A stretch of 59,427 nucleotides of DNA, the filler included. It is 3 parts of 3 records of this genome, joined end to end, with 100 filler letters (N's around TTAATTAATTAA, not from the genome) between each part and the next. Parts side by side here need not be neighbours in the genome. Positions count along the whole stretch, not along the records: positions 1 to 26,401 come from DRR723986_5315; 2 more parts are not named here. One strand, written 5' to 3'. Shown here piece after piece: positions 1 through 9,911 of the stretch (position 1 is its first letter; each line of letters starts with the position of its first letter). Under the pieces are notes generated by a model. The model was not told the DNA's origin, did no database searches, and was given only the letters and a program-made list of their open reading frames with translations. Made by a program: the position numbers and the translations under genes.

Positions 1-1
1 C

Positions 2-178
2 ATGGAAGGTGAAAGTGAACAATTATCGCGTATTTCATCAATGGCAAGGGTTGATCAGTGGCTGGAGCTGTGGGAAAAGGTGGGCCATTTAATAATGCGG
101 GCAGATGCTGTTAACTTAGACCGCAAGCAAGTGATTGTTTCCTTGTTTGCCTCGCTAAAGGCAACAGTAAAGCCCTGA
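2..178 (+). CDS. holB: DNA polymerase III subunit delta', 3' end only (truncated by window edge)
   Basis: Manual translation ...RVDQWLELWEKVGHLIMRADAVNLDRKQVIVSLF...* matches alphaproteobacterial HolB C-terminus; lies directly upstream of metG (conserved order). Not in ORF track. Confidence 0.8.
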   Translation: MEGESEQLSRISSMARVDQWLELWEKVGHLIMRADAVNLDRKQVIVSLFASLKATVKP

Positions 179-235
179 TTGCACTTCGTTGGAGCAAAAC
201 CAATTTGGATTGCTCCGTTATCTGACAGGAATGAT

Positions 236-1795
236 ATGACTGAGCGCCCAGCTTATTACATCACAACACCAATTTATTACGTTAATGATGTGCCACACAT
301 TGGACACGCATACACAACGCTTGCTTGTGATGTCCTGGCTCGCTTTAAACGGCTGGACGGCTATGACGTTATGTTCTTGACCGGTACTGATGAACACGGC
401 CAAAAGGTTGAAAAATCTGCAGAAAAAGCAGGTGTTGCGCCGCAAGAGTTTTGTGACCAGGTTTCTGCGCGTTTTGGCGAACTTGCTAAGGCTATGGACT
501 TCTCGAATGATCAGTTCATCCGCACAACAGAGGCCCGGCATAGGGTTTCTGTACAGCACCTTTGGAAGGTGCTGGAAGAAAAGGGTTTTATCTATGAGGA
601 TAGTTATGCTGGCTGGTATTCTGTTCGGGATGAAGCCTTTTATTCAGAAAATGAGTTAACCGAAGGCGAGGGTGGGGCAAAGCTTGCACCTTCTGGTGCG
701 TCTGTTGAATGGGTGGAGGAGCCAAGTTACTTCTTCCGGCTTTCGGCAATGCAGGACAAATTGTTAGACCTTTACGCTAAACAGCAAGATTTTGTTATGC
801 CAAAGTCGCGGTTAAACGAAGTGCGCAGCTTCGTATCAGGCGGCCTTGAGGACCTTTCTATATCTCGCACCAGTTTTAGCTGGGGAGTTCCTGTTCCTGG
901 CGTTGACGGTCATATTATGTATGTTTGGATTGATGCTTTGGCCAATTATTTAACGGCAATCGGATATCCTGATGAACAATCAGAAAGCTATAAAGCTTTT
1001 TGGCCGGCAAATGTCCACATGATCGGTAAGGATATCCTGCGGTTTCATGCGGTTTATTGGCCTGCGTTTTTGCTGGCGGCGGATTTGCCGTTACCGCGCC
1101 GTGTTTTTGCTCACGGTTGGTGGACCAATGAAGGGCAGAAAATATCTAAGTCACTTGGCAATGTTATTGATCCGTTCGAGCTTATAGAAAGTTATGGCTT
1201 GGATGCGGTACGCTTTTATCTGCTTCGCGAAGTGCCCTTTGGCAACGACGGTGATTTTTCCCGCACGTCTTTTGTACAAAGGTGCAATGCAGACCTCGCT
1301 AATGGTATTGGGAACTTGAACAACCGTACGCTCGGTTTGATCGTTAAAAATTGTGATGGCGCGGTACCTAATCCAAATGATTTTACTAAAGAAGACAATG
1401 AGTTATTATGCTCAACAAATGTATTGCTTGAGGAAGTGCGTGGTCATATGGATAACCAAGCTTTCCATAAAGCCTTTGAGGTTATTTGGCGTCAGGCGTC
1501 AGCTGCAGACAGCTATATATCTGAGCAAGAACCATGGAAGTTAAAGAAAACAGACCCTGACCGTATGAAAACGGTGTTGTATGTGCTGGCTGAAGTCATA
1601 AGGCAATTGGCAATTCTTATTCAGCCCATTATGCCAGATGCCGCCGGTAAATTATTGGACGGGCTTGATGTTAAAGAGCGGTCATACGCTTTTTTGGGGG
1701 CTAATCATCGCCTTGCGCCGGGCACGGCGATCTCTAAGCCGGGTGTGGTTTTCCCAAGGCTTGAGTTGCCAGATACCGAAAGTGCTAGCGAATGA
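236..1795 (+). CDS. metG: Methionine--tRNA ligase
   Basis: YITTPIYYVNDVPHIGH (HIGH), GTDEHGQK, KISKSLGN (KMSKS-like); ATG 236 with ACAGGA RBS. Confidence 0.98.
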   Translation: MTERPAYYITTPIYYVNDVPHIGHAYTTLACDVLARFKRLDGYDVMFLTGTDEHGQKVEKSAEKAGVAPQEFCDQVSARFGELAKAMDFSNDQFIRTTEARHRVSVQHLWKVLEEKGFIYEDSYAGWYSVRDEAFYSENELTEGEGGAKLAPSGASVEWVEEPSYFFRLSAMQDKLLDLYAKQQDFVMPKSRLNEVRSFVSGGLEDLSISRTSFSWGVPVPGVDGHIMYVWIDALANYLTAIGYPDEQSESYKAFWPANVHMIGKDILRFHAVYWPAFLLAADLPLPRRVFAHGWWTNEGQKISKSLGNVIDPFELIESYGLDAVRFYLLREVPFGNDGDFSRTSFVQRCNADLANGIGNLNNRTLGLIVKNCDGAVPNPNDFTKEDNELLCSTNVLLEEVRGHMDNQAFHKAFEVIWRQASAADSYISEQEPWKLKKTDPDRMKTVLYVLAEVIRQLAILIQPIMPDAAGKLLDGLDVKERSYAFLGANHRLAPGTAISKPGVVFPRLELPDTESASE

Positions 1796-2604
1796 GCGCT
1801 TATGGTTACATCATAGATAGCCATTGTCATCTTAATTACAAAGGCTTAGTGGAAGAACAGGGTGCCGTTATTCAACGTGCTCGTGATGCGGGTGTAGGCT
1901 GTATGCTGGCGATTAACACCAAACTCAGCGAATACGATGAAATTATTGATGTGGTTGAAAATCATCCGGATGTTTTTGGCACGGTCGGTATTCACCCGCA
2001 CGAAGCTGAAAACGAGCCAGACGTTGCCCTTGAGGCCCTTGTTAGCCGATCAAAACACCCAAAAATTGTCGGTATAGGTGAAACGGGCCTTGATTATTTT
2101 TACGATAATGCGCCCTGTGAAATGCAAAAAGTGAATTTCCGCGCGCACATAGCGGCCGCCAGAGAGACAGGTTTGCCGGTAATCGTTCACACCCGTGATG
2201 CAGACGAAGATTGTGTATCAATTATTGAAGAAGAAATGAAAAAGGGGCCTTTCACAGGTGTGATTCATTGCTTCACGGCCAGTCAATTTTTGGCTGATTC
2301 AGTTCTTAAATTGGGCTTTTACATTTCAATTTCCGGTATTGCTACATTCAAAAATGCCAAAGATTTACAAAAAACTGTCAAAACAATTCCAAAAGATAGA
2401 CTTTTGGTTGAGACAGATGCACCCTTTCTGGCGCCTGTGCCGCACCGCGGGAAAACCTGTGAACCAGCTTATGTAATGGATACAGCACGGTTTGTTGCCG
2501 AGCTTAGAGCTGAGAGTTTTGAGGACTTACAGCAATCAACAACTGAAAATTTCTACGAACTTTTCAGTAAAGTAGCCCCGGTTACGGTGGGAGAGGTTGT
2601 TTGA
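1792..2604 (+). CDS. tatD: TatD family hydrolase/DNase
   Basis: DSHCH, GIHPH, GETGLDY, ETDAPFLAP motifs; ATGA overlap with metG. Confidence 0.95.
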   Translation: MSAYGYIIDSHCHLNYKGLVEEQGAVIQRARDAGVGCMLAINTKLSEYDEIIDVVENHPDVFGTVGIHPHEAENEPDVALEALVSRSKHPKIVGIGETGLDYFYDNAPCEMQKVNFRAHIAAARETGLPVIVHTRDADEDCVSIIEEEMKKGPFTGVIHCFTASQFLADSVLKLGFYISISGIATFKNAKDLQKTVKTIPKDRLLVETDAPFLAPVPHRGKTCEPAYVMDTARFVAELRAESFEDLQQSTTENFYELFSKVAPVTVGEVV

Positions 2605-3353
2605 AATTAACCATCCTTGGCTGCGGTACCTCTGGCGGCGTCCCAAAAATGCCTGAATATTGGGGCGCTTGCGACCCAATGAATCCCAGGAACCGCAGGC
2701 TTCGCGCTAGTGTTTTAGTAGAAGAGGGTGATACGAAAGTTTTAATCGACACCACTCCTGACCTGCGAGCTCAAATGCTGGCAGCTAAGGTCGATCGGTT
2801 AGATGCCGTATTTTACACTCATGATCATGCAGACCATACTCATGGCATTGATGATCTTCGCGGTTTTTATCATTTAAACCGTGAACGAGTGCCAGTTTAC
2901 GGTGACCCGCAAACCATAGAGCTATTGAAGCAACGATTTGGCTATGTCTTTAAAAGTGTTGATGGTTATCCGGCCATTTGTTCTGCTCATATATTGAACG
3001 GCGCTAAAAAAATAGGCCCTGTAATGATGCAACCGTTCGAACAGGGCCATGGCGGCGGCATTAGTTTGGGCTACCGATTCGGCGATTTTGCTTATTCAAC
3101 CGACCTAGACCGGTTGCCCGAAACGGCTTTCGACGCCTTAAGGGGCGTTAAAGTATGGGTTGTTGATGCGCTTCGTTATAAACCGCACCCGACACATTCA
3201 CATTTAGCGCAAACCCTTGAATGGATTGAAAAAGTTAAACCTGAACAAGCTATTTTAACGCACATGACGTGGGACATGGACTATAAAACACTGTGTGGTG
3301 AGTTGCCTGATGGTGTTGTCCCTGCATATGATGGGATGGTTATAGAACTGTGA
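2601..3353 (+). CDS. MBL-fold metallo-hydrolase (PhnP-like)
   Basis: LGCGTSGGVP start, THDHADHTHG metal motif; conserved position after tatD. Confidence 0.93.
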   Translation: MKLTILGCGTSGGVPKMPEYWGACDPMNPRNRRLRASVLVEEGDTKVLIDTTPDLRAQMLAAKVDRLDAVFYTHDHADHTHGIDDLRGFYHLNRERVPVYGDPQTIELLKQRFGYVFKSVDGYPAICSAHILNGAKKIGPVMMQPFEQGHGGGISLGYRFGDFAYSTDLDRLPETAFDALRGVKVWVVDALRYKPHPTHSHLAQTLEWIEKVKPEQAILTHMTWDMDYKTLCGELPDGVVPAYDGMVIEL

Positions 3354-3377
3354 AAACCATATACTGCTGCTTCATAG

Positions 3378-4238
3378 ATGCATCGGTATAAGATGTCAGA
3401 ACCGGAGATAAATGTGGCGAATGAGCCTTGGCGAGTGCCGGACCATGATCCTGACCACATTCAGGACAGAATTACAGATCGAAATGCTGATCTGCATAAG
3501 GGCCTGCGCTCTGATAATCAGGGTGAGCCAAAGAAAATGTCTGCTCGCGATTTACACTATGGTGGTCATACAAAGCCGTTAACTCGTGTTATTGCTTTGT
3601 TTGTCGGCATGGGTTTGCTCTTGGTGGGTTTATCTCTTGCTTTTCCAACAACTGGTGTGCTGGACCCGTATTTGGTGCGGGCAATGCTCATATTGTTCTT
3701 TTTTGGTGGTGCTGCCGCCTTCTGGAGTAGAGCAAGTTTAAAGCGGCTATTTACTGTCGCAGGTAGTTGGGCCGTTATCATTGTTATGATATCTGGGTTT
3801 TATTTGTACCGATCAGACTTTGGCGATCGTTTTATGTCTGCATTAGACCCCGCTGGTGTTGTATCTACAGGGGAGGGGTTGGTTGTACAACGTAATAGAG
3901 ACGGCCATTTTTGGTTAAGAGCATCCTTCGATGGCGTGCCACTTTTGCTTATGGTTGACACTGGCGCCTCAAACGTGGTGTTGAGCCCGGAAGACGCAAA
4001 GCGCATAGGCCTGCGCTCTAACCAACTAGATTTTTCTGGCCGGGCTGATACGGCAAATGGTTCCGTATCTTTTGCAAGGGCGACCATTACGAACGTTAAT
4101 GTAGGCGACCAAATGTTTTATGACGTGCCAGTGACGATTAATGGCGCTGAAATGCAGGGCTCATTGTTGGGTATGACGTTACTGGATAGGTTTTCCAGTG
4201 TTGAGTTCCGAGGCGATACTTTAATTTTGAGGCCTTAA
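3378..4238 (+). CDS. TIGR02281-type clan AA aspartic protease, membrane-anchored
   Basis: Three hydrophobic segments, then RDGHF, VDTGAS catalytic motif, SLLGMTLL. Confidence 0.9.
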   Translation: MHRYKMSEPEINVANEPWRVPDHDPDHIQDRITDRNADLHKGLRSDNQGEPKKMSARDLHYGGHTKPLTRVIALFVGMGLLLVGLSLAFPTTGVLDPYLVRAMLILFFFGGAAAFWSRASLKRLFTVAGSWAVIIVMISGFYLYRSDFGDRFMSALDPAGVVSTGEGLVVQRNRDGHFWLRASFDGVPLLLMVDTGASNVVLSPEDAKRIGLRSNQLDFSGRADTANGSVSFARATITNVNVGDQMFYDVPVTINGAEMQGSLLGMTLLDRFSSVEFRGDTLILRP

Positions 4239-4265
4239 TTCTAACCCTCATCCCCAGTTCTTGGT

Positions 4266-4448
4266 TTAAGCAGACTTTGCAGCAGCCCTCTGCTGGGCCT
4301 TTTGGACAATCTCTTTTTTACGAATGTCACTGGCAAAAACCCACTCGCCGATTTCTTCTCGGTTTCTGTGGCAGCCAATACAATAAATATTTTGCGCGTC
4401 CAGTTTGCAAACACTTATGCAGGGGCTTTCAATTGTCATTTTTGTCAT
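4266..4448 (-). CDS. DUF1289 small Cys-rich protein
   Basis: ESPCISVCKLD...CIGCHRNREEIGEW signature. Confidence 0.85.
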   Translation of the reverse strand: MTKMTIESPCISVCKLDAQNIYCIGCHRNREEIGEWVFASDIRKKEIVQKAQQRAAAKSA

Positions 4449-4476
4449 AAATTTATCTCTGCCGGTTATTCCTGCT

Positions 4477-5736
4477 TTATTTAGGGGATTGAGTGCCTCT
4501 TTCAAGCCATGTCAGCACGCCAGCCGCCGCATGACGGCCTTGTGCCAGGCATGCTGTCAGCAAGTAGCCACCTGTTGGGGCGTCCCATGCAACCATTTCA
4601 CCAGCGCAAAAAGTGCCGGGCAGGGCCTTCAACATAAGATTTTCGTCCAAAGCATTGAAAGAAACACCACCGGAAACGCTAATTGCCTCTTCAATTGGGC
4701 GGGCTGAGGTAACAATCAAAGGTAGTTTCTTTATTTTTTGGGCGAGCTTTTCCGGGTTTGTTATGTCTCTAGCACTCACAATTTCATGCAGTAATCCTGT
4801 TTGCACGCCTTTCAAGCCCGTTTTACGGCGTATATGGTCTGTAAGTGACCGTTTACCCTTCGGCTCACTTAGTCGTTGTCGTAATTGCTCTAGGGAGCGA
4901 TCAGGTGTCAGGTCTATCAGCAACGATACATTTTCACCTTTTGCCAAAGTTTCATCAATGGATGCTGCCATCTTGTATATTGCGCCGCCTTCAACACCGT
5001 TTTTAGTGATCATTACATCACCTTTTTCGGACGAACCTGCGAATGTAAGGATACTGTTTTTTATAGGCTGTCCGGCAAATCTATTTATGAAATGATCGCT
5101 CCAATTTACATTGAAACCACAGTTACTGGGACGAAATGGCACCATTTCCACTTCTTTATCTTGTATGTATTGCTGCCATTCCCCAACCGAGCCTAGTTTT
5201 GGCCAGCTGGTGCCGCCTACAGCGATGATGGTTGCCTTTGAACTAATGGTAAAGTTGCCGTCAGCGCTAGAAAACTGGCAGTGGCCAGTGGCTTTACACC
5301 AACCTGTCCAAGTGGTTTGTGTATGTAATTTAACACCAAGGCTATTTAAACGATTGAGCCACGCACGCAAAATGGGCGAAGCTTTCATCGCTTTCGGGAA
5401 TATACGGCCGGAAGAACCAATAAATGTTTCTGTTCCCATATCTGCGGCCCATAAACGTATGTCATTGGGGGTAAATGCTTCAATTGGTGTTGCTAAATAG
5501 TCTGATGATTTGCCATAGCGTTTCATAAAGTCATGATGACTTTCGCTGTGGGTAAGATTTAGGCCAGATTTTCCTGCCATTAAAAACTTGCGGGCAGGGG
5601 TTGGCATGCGTTCAAAAACCTCCACAGTCAGGCCCGCGGCTGCAAGGCATTCCGCGGCTGCAAGGCCAGATGGTCCTGCACCTATTATAGCAACATCACA
5701 TACATATTTTGGGGTCGTCACGGTCAAAACTTTCAT
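4477..5736 (-). CDS. HI0933/BaiN-like (TIGR03862-type) FAD-dependent flavoprotein
   Basis: IIGAGPSG, RKFLMAGKSGLNLTH, GSSGRIFP, AGEMVAWDAPTGGYLLTAC. Confidence 0.92.
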   Translation of the reverse strand: MKVLTVTTPKYVCDVAIIGAGPSGLAAAECLAAAGLTVEVFERMPTPARKFLMAGKSGLNLTHSESHHDFMKRYGKSSDYLATPIEAFTPNDIRLWAADMGTETFIGSSGRIFPKAMKASPILRAWLNRLNSLGVKLHTQTTWTGWCKATGHCQFSSADGNFTISSKATIIAVGGTSWPKLGSVGEWQQYIQDKEVEMVPFRPSNCGFNVNWSDHFINRFAGQPIKNSILTFAGSSEKGDVMITKNGVEGGAIYKMAASIDETLAKGENVSLLIDLTPDRSLEQLRQRLSEPKGKRSLTDHIRRKTGLKGVQTGLLHEIVSARDITNPEKLAQKIKKLPLIVTSARPIEEAISVSGGVSFNALDENLMLKALPGTFCAGEMVAWDAPTGGYLLTACLAQGRHAAAGVLTWLERGTQSPK

Positions 5737-5868
5737 TTAAACTTGATATTTAGAACGTGAGGACATGCGAAGTAAACTATACAGATACTAATGTGACCAG
5801 GGATGGTTACAAATTGTTCTATTTGTGTTCCAGGGCCTCTAGTCGTAACAATATACTATTCAGTAAGC

Positions 5869-5895
5869 TTTATTTTTATATTTTGTAAAAATAAA
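5869..5895. promoter_or_regulatory. AT-rich inverted repeat upstream of ctlX, possible operator
   Basis: TTTATTTTTA-N7-TAAAAATAAA, perfect 10-bp arms, but low complexity. Confidence 0.3.
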
Positions 5896-5940
5896 ATAAA
5901 ACAAAGAATTATGTTATTTAGTTAAGGTGATAAGTTGATT

Positions 5941-6867
5941 ATGGACAGGCGTAGTGCTCAAGCACCTTCATCAGTTATTATGGTCAGGCCACACAACTTT
6001 TCTCCCAACCAAGAAACGGCGAATGACAATGCATTCCAGCAGGCAATCAATGGTCAAAACCCGGAATTAGTGGCAAAAGCCGCCTATGACGAAGTTACTC
6101 GTGCTGCAGAACAGCTGAATTTCTGTGGTGTTAAAACCCATATATTTGATGACAAAGGTACCAAAACACCAGATTCAGTGTTTCCTAACAACTGGTTTTC
6201 AACGCATTCTGGTGGCCATGTGGCAATTTATCCAATGTTTGCTAGAAATCGCCGACTAGAACGACGGATGGATATAATTGATATGCTGAAAAAGACATAT
6301 CGAGTGCAGGATGTCATTGATTATTCGGGTTTAGAGCATGACGAATTGTTCCTAGAAGGTACAGGAGCCATGGTTTTGGACCATATTGAGCGCGTTGCAT
6401 ATGCCGTCAGCTCAATGCGAACGAACCAAGTTATTCTGGAGCGTTTTTGTACCCATTTTAATTATGAGCCAATGGTGTTCAGTGCTGTAGATACGGGTGG
6501 TCTGCCAATATATCACACAAATGTTTTGATGTGCATTGCCACAGACTTCGTATTAATCGGCTTAGATATGATTGATGACGTTTCTCGGCGTGAGGAAATT
6601 TCTCAACGTTTTGCAGCATCTGGCCGCGATGTAATTAGACTTACCAACGAACAGATTTCTAACTTCGCCGGAAATGCAATGGAACTGTATGGCAATGGGC
6701 GTCGTATTTTAGTGCTTTCTTCGAGGGCACTTAAATCATTAACTGAGGAGCAAGTTAATAGAATTGAAACGAGTGCGCAGATATTGGCTCTTGATGTACC
6801 AACAATTGAATATGCTGGCGGTTCTATTCGTTGCATGCTGGCGGGTGTACATTTGAGTCCTAGATGA
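5941..6867 (+). CDS. ctlX: Citrulline utilization hydrolase (amidinotransferase fold)
   Basis: TPDSVFPNNWFSTH, FLEGTG, IYHTNV, GGSIRCMLA (catalytic Cys). Confidence 0.88.
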   Translation: MDRRSAQAPSSVIMVRPHNFSPNQETANDNAFQQAINGQNPELVAKAAYDEVTRAAEQLNFCGVKTHIFDDKGTKTPDSVFPNNWFSTHSGGHVAIYPMFARNRRLERRMDIIDMLKKTYRVQDVIDYSGLEHDELFLEGTGAMVLDHIERVAYAVSSMRTNQVILERFCTHFNYEPMVFSAVDTGGLPIYHTNVLMCIATDFVLIGLDMIDDVSRREEISQRFAASGRDVIRLTNEQISNFAGNAMELYGNGRRILVLSSRALKSLTEEQVNRIETSAQILALDVPTIEYAGGSIRCMLAGVHLSPR

Positions 6868-6979
6868 TATAAATTTCCCATAATATAAATTATGCGTATT
6901 TTATTTTATAATTATATAAAGTGTTTTCAGTAGCTTAACAAAAGTTAACCATATCTTCTCTCTTGTAAGAAATTTTCAA

Positions 6980-8254
6980 TTATTGCTTAATTTCACTGTT
7001 CTCAAAAATATCTAATGGTAAAACCGCTGTTACGCCAACATTGGGTACATCAACCAACTGGCCAATTCGCAAATCAACAGCAACGCTTGCAATAATGTAT
7101 GCTTGCGGTTTGGTATAACCGTATGTGTTCATAATGTAATTAATGATTCCGTCCAAAGCATTACGTGCCGCCAAATTTATATCGTTGGAAAGGTTTTCCA
7201 GGTCAGCAACCTTTGCAGATTGCAGATATGCCATTCGAGGTGGAACATCCCCTGCTTTCTTGATTGGAAAGCCTGTTACAGCATAGAATTTATCCGAAGG
7301 TATATCTAGCAGCGTGGATGCACCGCTATAGTGAGGCCCGTGAGTAAGGTCAGGGCCATTTTTGATAATCTCGGCAACACCCCATACATCGGCTGACATT
7401 TCAATTGCAGTGCCACTAACTTCGCCGTCACCCTGTGCATAATGCAGGTCTCCGATCGATAGCGCGCAGCCATCAATGTAACATGGCAAATATATAGTCA
7501 CGCCTGTCTTTAAATAGCGAATGTCCATATTACCACCATGCTCGCGTGGTGGTATGGTGCGAAGGCATTCTTCTCGTTTACTACCATCTGGGCCGCATAC
7601 AGCTGTAGGTGATGCATGGTCAGTACTGGGTAGGCGAACGGCACCTCCAGCGTTTGCCAAGGCATTCTCACGTGCTAACATTTCGCCAAGTTTGGCATGG
7701 TTCGGCATCGTTGTTACTACGCCGGGAAAGCTGCCATTAGGGATTTTTATACCCGGAATATCGCCTGTTACGGCAAACTCTGAATTAAGCTTCCATGAAG
7801 CTGTGAGGTTGTCCGGCCCCATGAGATCAGCGGCAAACCCGCCGGTTCTGGTGTACCCATGCAAACCTGGTTTGATTTTCTTAATAGTGAAAGCAAGAAC
7901 ATCTCCGGCTTTGGCACCTTCAATATATACCGGGCCGGTCATAGGGTGAACCCGACCAAAGTTATTTTGACCTGTTTGTTGCGAGACCATCTCAGTTTGA
8001 CTTTCAACGGTACCAAGAAAATCTGCGGCATCACGCGTATGAAACAATATTGTCTGCCCAGGTTTAGCTTTTGCCGTCATGGGAATGTCTGGATGAATAC
8101 GGTTAATGCATTGTGGGTCTTCGACGCACGTTGCGCCCTGCCCGCCCACCACAACAATATCTGCCGAACTTTCGTCTGCTAGGGCGTTTACAGCTGATAT
8201 GAAAATAGCAAAAAAAGCACAGCAACAAATACTTAGGTTGTGAATAGTTGGCAT
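6980..8254 (-). CDS. Acetamidase/formamidase (FmdA/AmdA) family protein with N-terminal signal peptide
   Basis: HPMTGPVYIEGAKAGD, RTIPPREHGGNMD, GDLHYAQGDGEVSGTAIE, GQLVDVPN; hydrophobic leader ending ALA. Confidence 0.9.
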   Translation of the reverse strand: MPTIHNLSICCCAFFAIFISAVNALADESSADIVVVGGQGATCVEDPQCINRIHPDIPMTAKAKPGQTILFHTRDAADFLGTVESQTEMVSQQTGQNNFGRVHPMTGPVYIEGAKAGDVLAFTIKKIKPGLHGYTRTGGFAADLMGPDNLTASWKLNSEFAVTGDIPGIKIPNGSFPGVVTTMPNHAKLGEMLARENALANAGGAVRLPSTDHASPTAVCGPDGSKREECLRTIPPREHGGNMDIRYLKTGVTIYLPCYIDGCALSIGDLHYAQGDGEVSGTAIEMSADVWGVAEIIKNGPDLTHGPHYSGASTLLDIPSDKFYAVTGFPIKKAGDVPPRMAYLQSAKVADLENLSNDINLAARNALDGIINYIMNTYGYTKPQAYIIASVAVDLRIGQLVDVPNVGVTAVLPLDIFENSEIKQ

Positions 8255-8502
8255 GGTGGTCTCCGTATATGAAGTTTGGTTAATTCGCCTTTATCTGTAA
8301 TGGCAATGGCTAAACATACTTTTGTTATAGGCGAGACCAGTATGCACGCTCGGCACTGTATTGACCAAACGTAAATCACAACCACCCCGAGATAGTGAAA
8401 CGTAAGAGTGACCGATAGATTGCTTATAAAAGGGAATGAGGTATAACCCTATAATCAATAAATTTTGTGTGAAAGAAACCTCAGTCAGAAGGAAGCAATT
8501 GA

Positions 8503-9726
8503 ATGTTGAGACCGCTTTTAGGAATAGCTGTTTTACTATTCATTGCATTTTTGCTGTCTAATCGAAAAAAATCGATCAACTTAAGAGTAGTTGGTGCTGC
8601 ATTTGGCTTACAAATATTTTTTGCGGTTTTTGTTTTGTATGTACCCTTTGGGCAAGCGGCGCTTGCCAGCTTGGCGAGCGGCGTTTCAGCGGTTCTGGGC
8701 TATGCAAAAGCGGGTACGGAGTTCATTTTTGGCGGCTTTACGTCTGAAAGCTTTGGCTTTGTTTTTCTGATTCAGGTTTTACCGGTTATTATCTTCGTTT
8801 CAGCCCTAATGTCAGTTTTGTATTACCTGCGTATCATGCCTTTACTGGTTAAGTTATTTGGCGGTGCTGTTAGTAAACTTGTAGGCACTACGCCGGTGGA
8901 AAGTTTGTGTGCTGCTGCAAATATTTTCTTTGACCAGTCGCAATCGCCCCTTGTAGTGCGCCCGTACATAGACCGTATGAGCGATACACAGTTTTTTACA
9001 GTCATGGTTTGCGGTTTGTCATCTATTTCTGGTGCTATTCTGGGTGGATATGCCAGCATGGGCATAAGCTTGGATTTTCTGATTGCTGCAGCCTTTATGG
9101 CAGCTCCGGGCGGACTATTGATGGCGAAAATAATTATGCCTGATGACCCTGATGTCGCGAGAAATGACGATATAGACCTTTCGTCGGTTGATAACATGGG
9201 GGAACCCGCCATCAATGTTGTGGAGGCTGCTGCAAACGGCGCTCTAGATGGCATTAAGCTGGCGTCTGCTATAGGTGGTACACTTCTCGCGTTTGTGGCA
9301 CTTATCGCCCTTATGAATGGCATTGTTGGCGGTGTTGGTGGCTTATTTGGGTTTGGCGCCCTTAGTTTAGACTCCTTAATAGGCGGTTTGTTTGCACCAT
9401 TTATGTATTTACTGGGTATTCCTTGGGAAGAAGCAGCTATTGCCGGTAATATGGTAGGGCAGAAACTAATTCTGAATGAATTTGTAGCGTTTGCAAACTT
9501 GGCACAAATACAAAGTACCCTTAGCGAGCACACGGTTTCCGTTGTTACTTTTGCCTTATGCGGATTTGCGAACTTCTCTGCGCTGGCCATTTTGTTAGGC
9601 GGCCTTGGCAGCATCGCTCCCGGCAAGAAACACCTTATTGCCAGTTTCGGCCTTAAGGCGGTTGCAGCAGGTACTTTATCAAACCTTATGAGCGCAGCGC
9701 TTGCTAGTGTTTTGATTGGTTTATAA
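8503..9726 (+). CDS. NupC/CNT family nucleoside:cation symporter
   Basis: Multi-TM; MAAPGGLLMAKI, KLILNEFVAF, FALCGFANF motifs. Confidence 0.93.
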   Translation: MLRPLLGIAVLLFIAFLLSNRKKSINLRVVGAAFGLQIFFAVFVLYVPFGQAALASLASGVSAVLGYAKAGTEFIFGGFTSESFGFVFLIQVLPVIIFVSALMSVLYYLRIMPLLVKLFGGAVSKLVGTTPVESLCAAANIFFDQSQSPLVVRPYIDRMSDTQFFTVMVCGLSSISGAILGGYASMGISLDFLIAAAFMAAPGGLLMAKIIMPDDPDVARNDDIDLSSVDNMGEPAINVVEAAANGALDGIKLASAIGGTLLAFVALIALMNGIVGGVGGLFGFGALSLDSLIGGLFAPFMYLLGIPWEEAAIAGNMVGQKLILNEFVAFANLAQIQSTLSEHTVSVVTFALCGFANFSALAILLGGLGSIAPGKKHLIASFGLKAVAAGTLSNLMSAALASVLIGL

Positions 9727-9911
9727 ACGATGGATCAAATTTGTGTTTGTGCCTGTTACAATTCAAGCAGTTAATGGACCGATTCCCGCGTTGTACTAAC
9801 GAATTGATCAGGTTATCGCCTCTAACCTTTAATTTGATGTATGATTTGCCCGAAGGCTTTGCTGGCAATAAAGTTGGCCTCTCCTTATTCGTAATGCATG
9901 AAGGGCAGAAG

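Noticed and set aside
8330-8420. Possible LytTR direct repeats (GACC-type words, AAACGTAA twice; similar words near 9777-9804)
   Set aside because: Spacing is inconsistent and matches are too short to separate from chance by eye.
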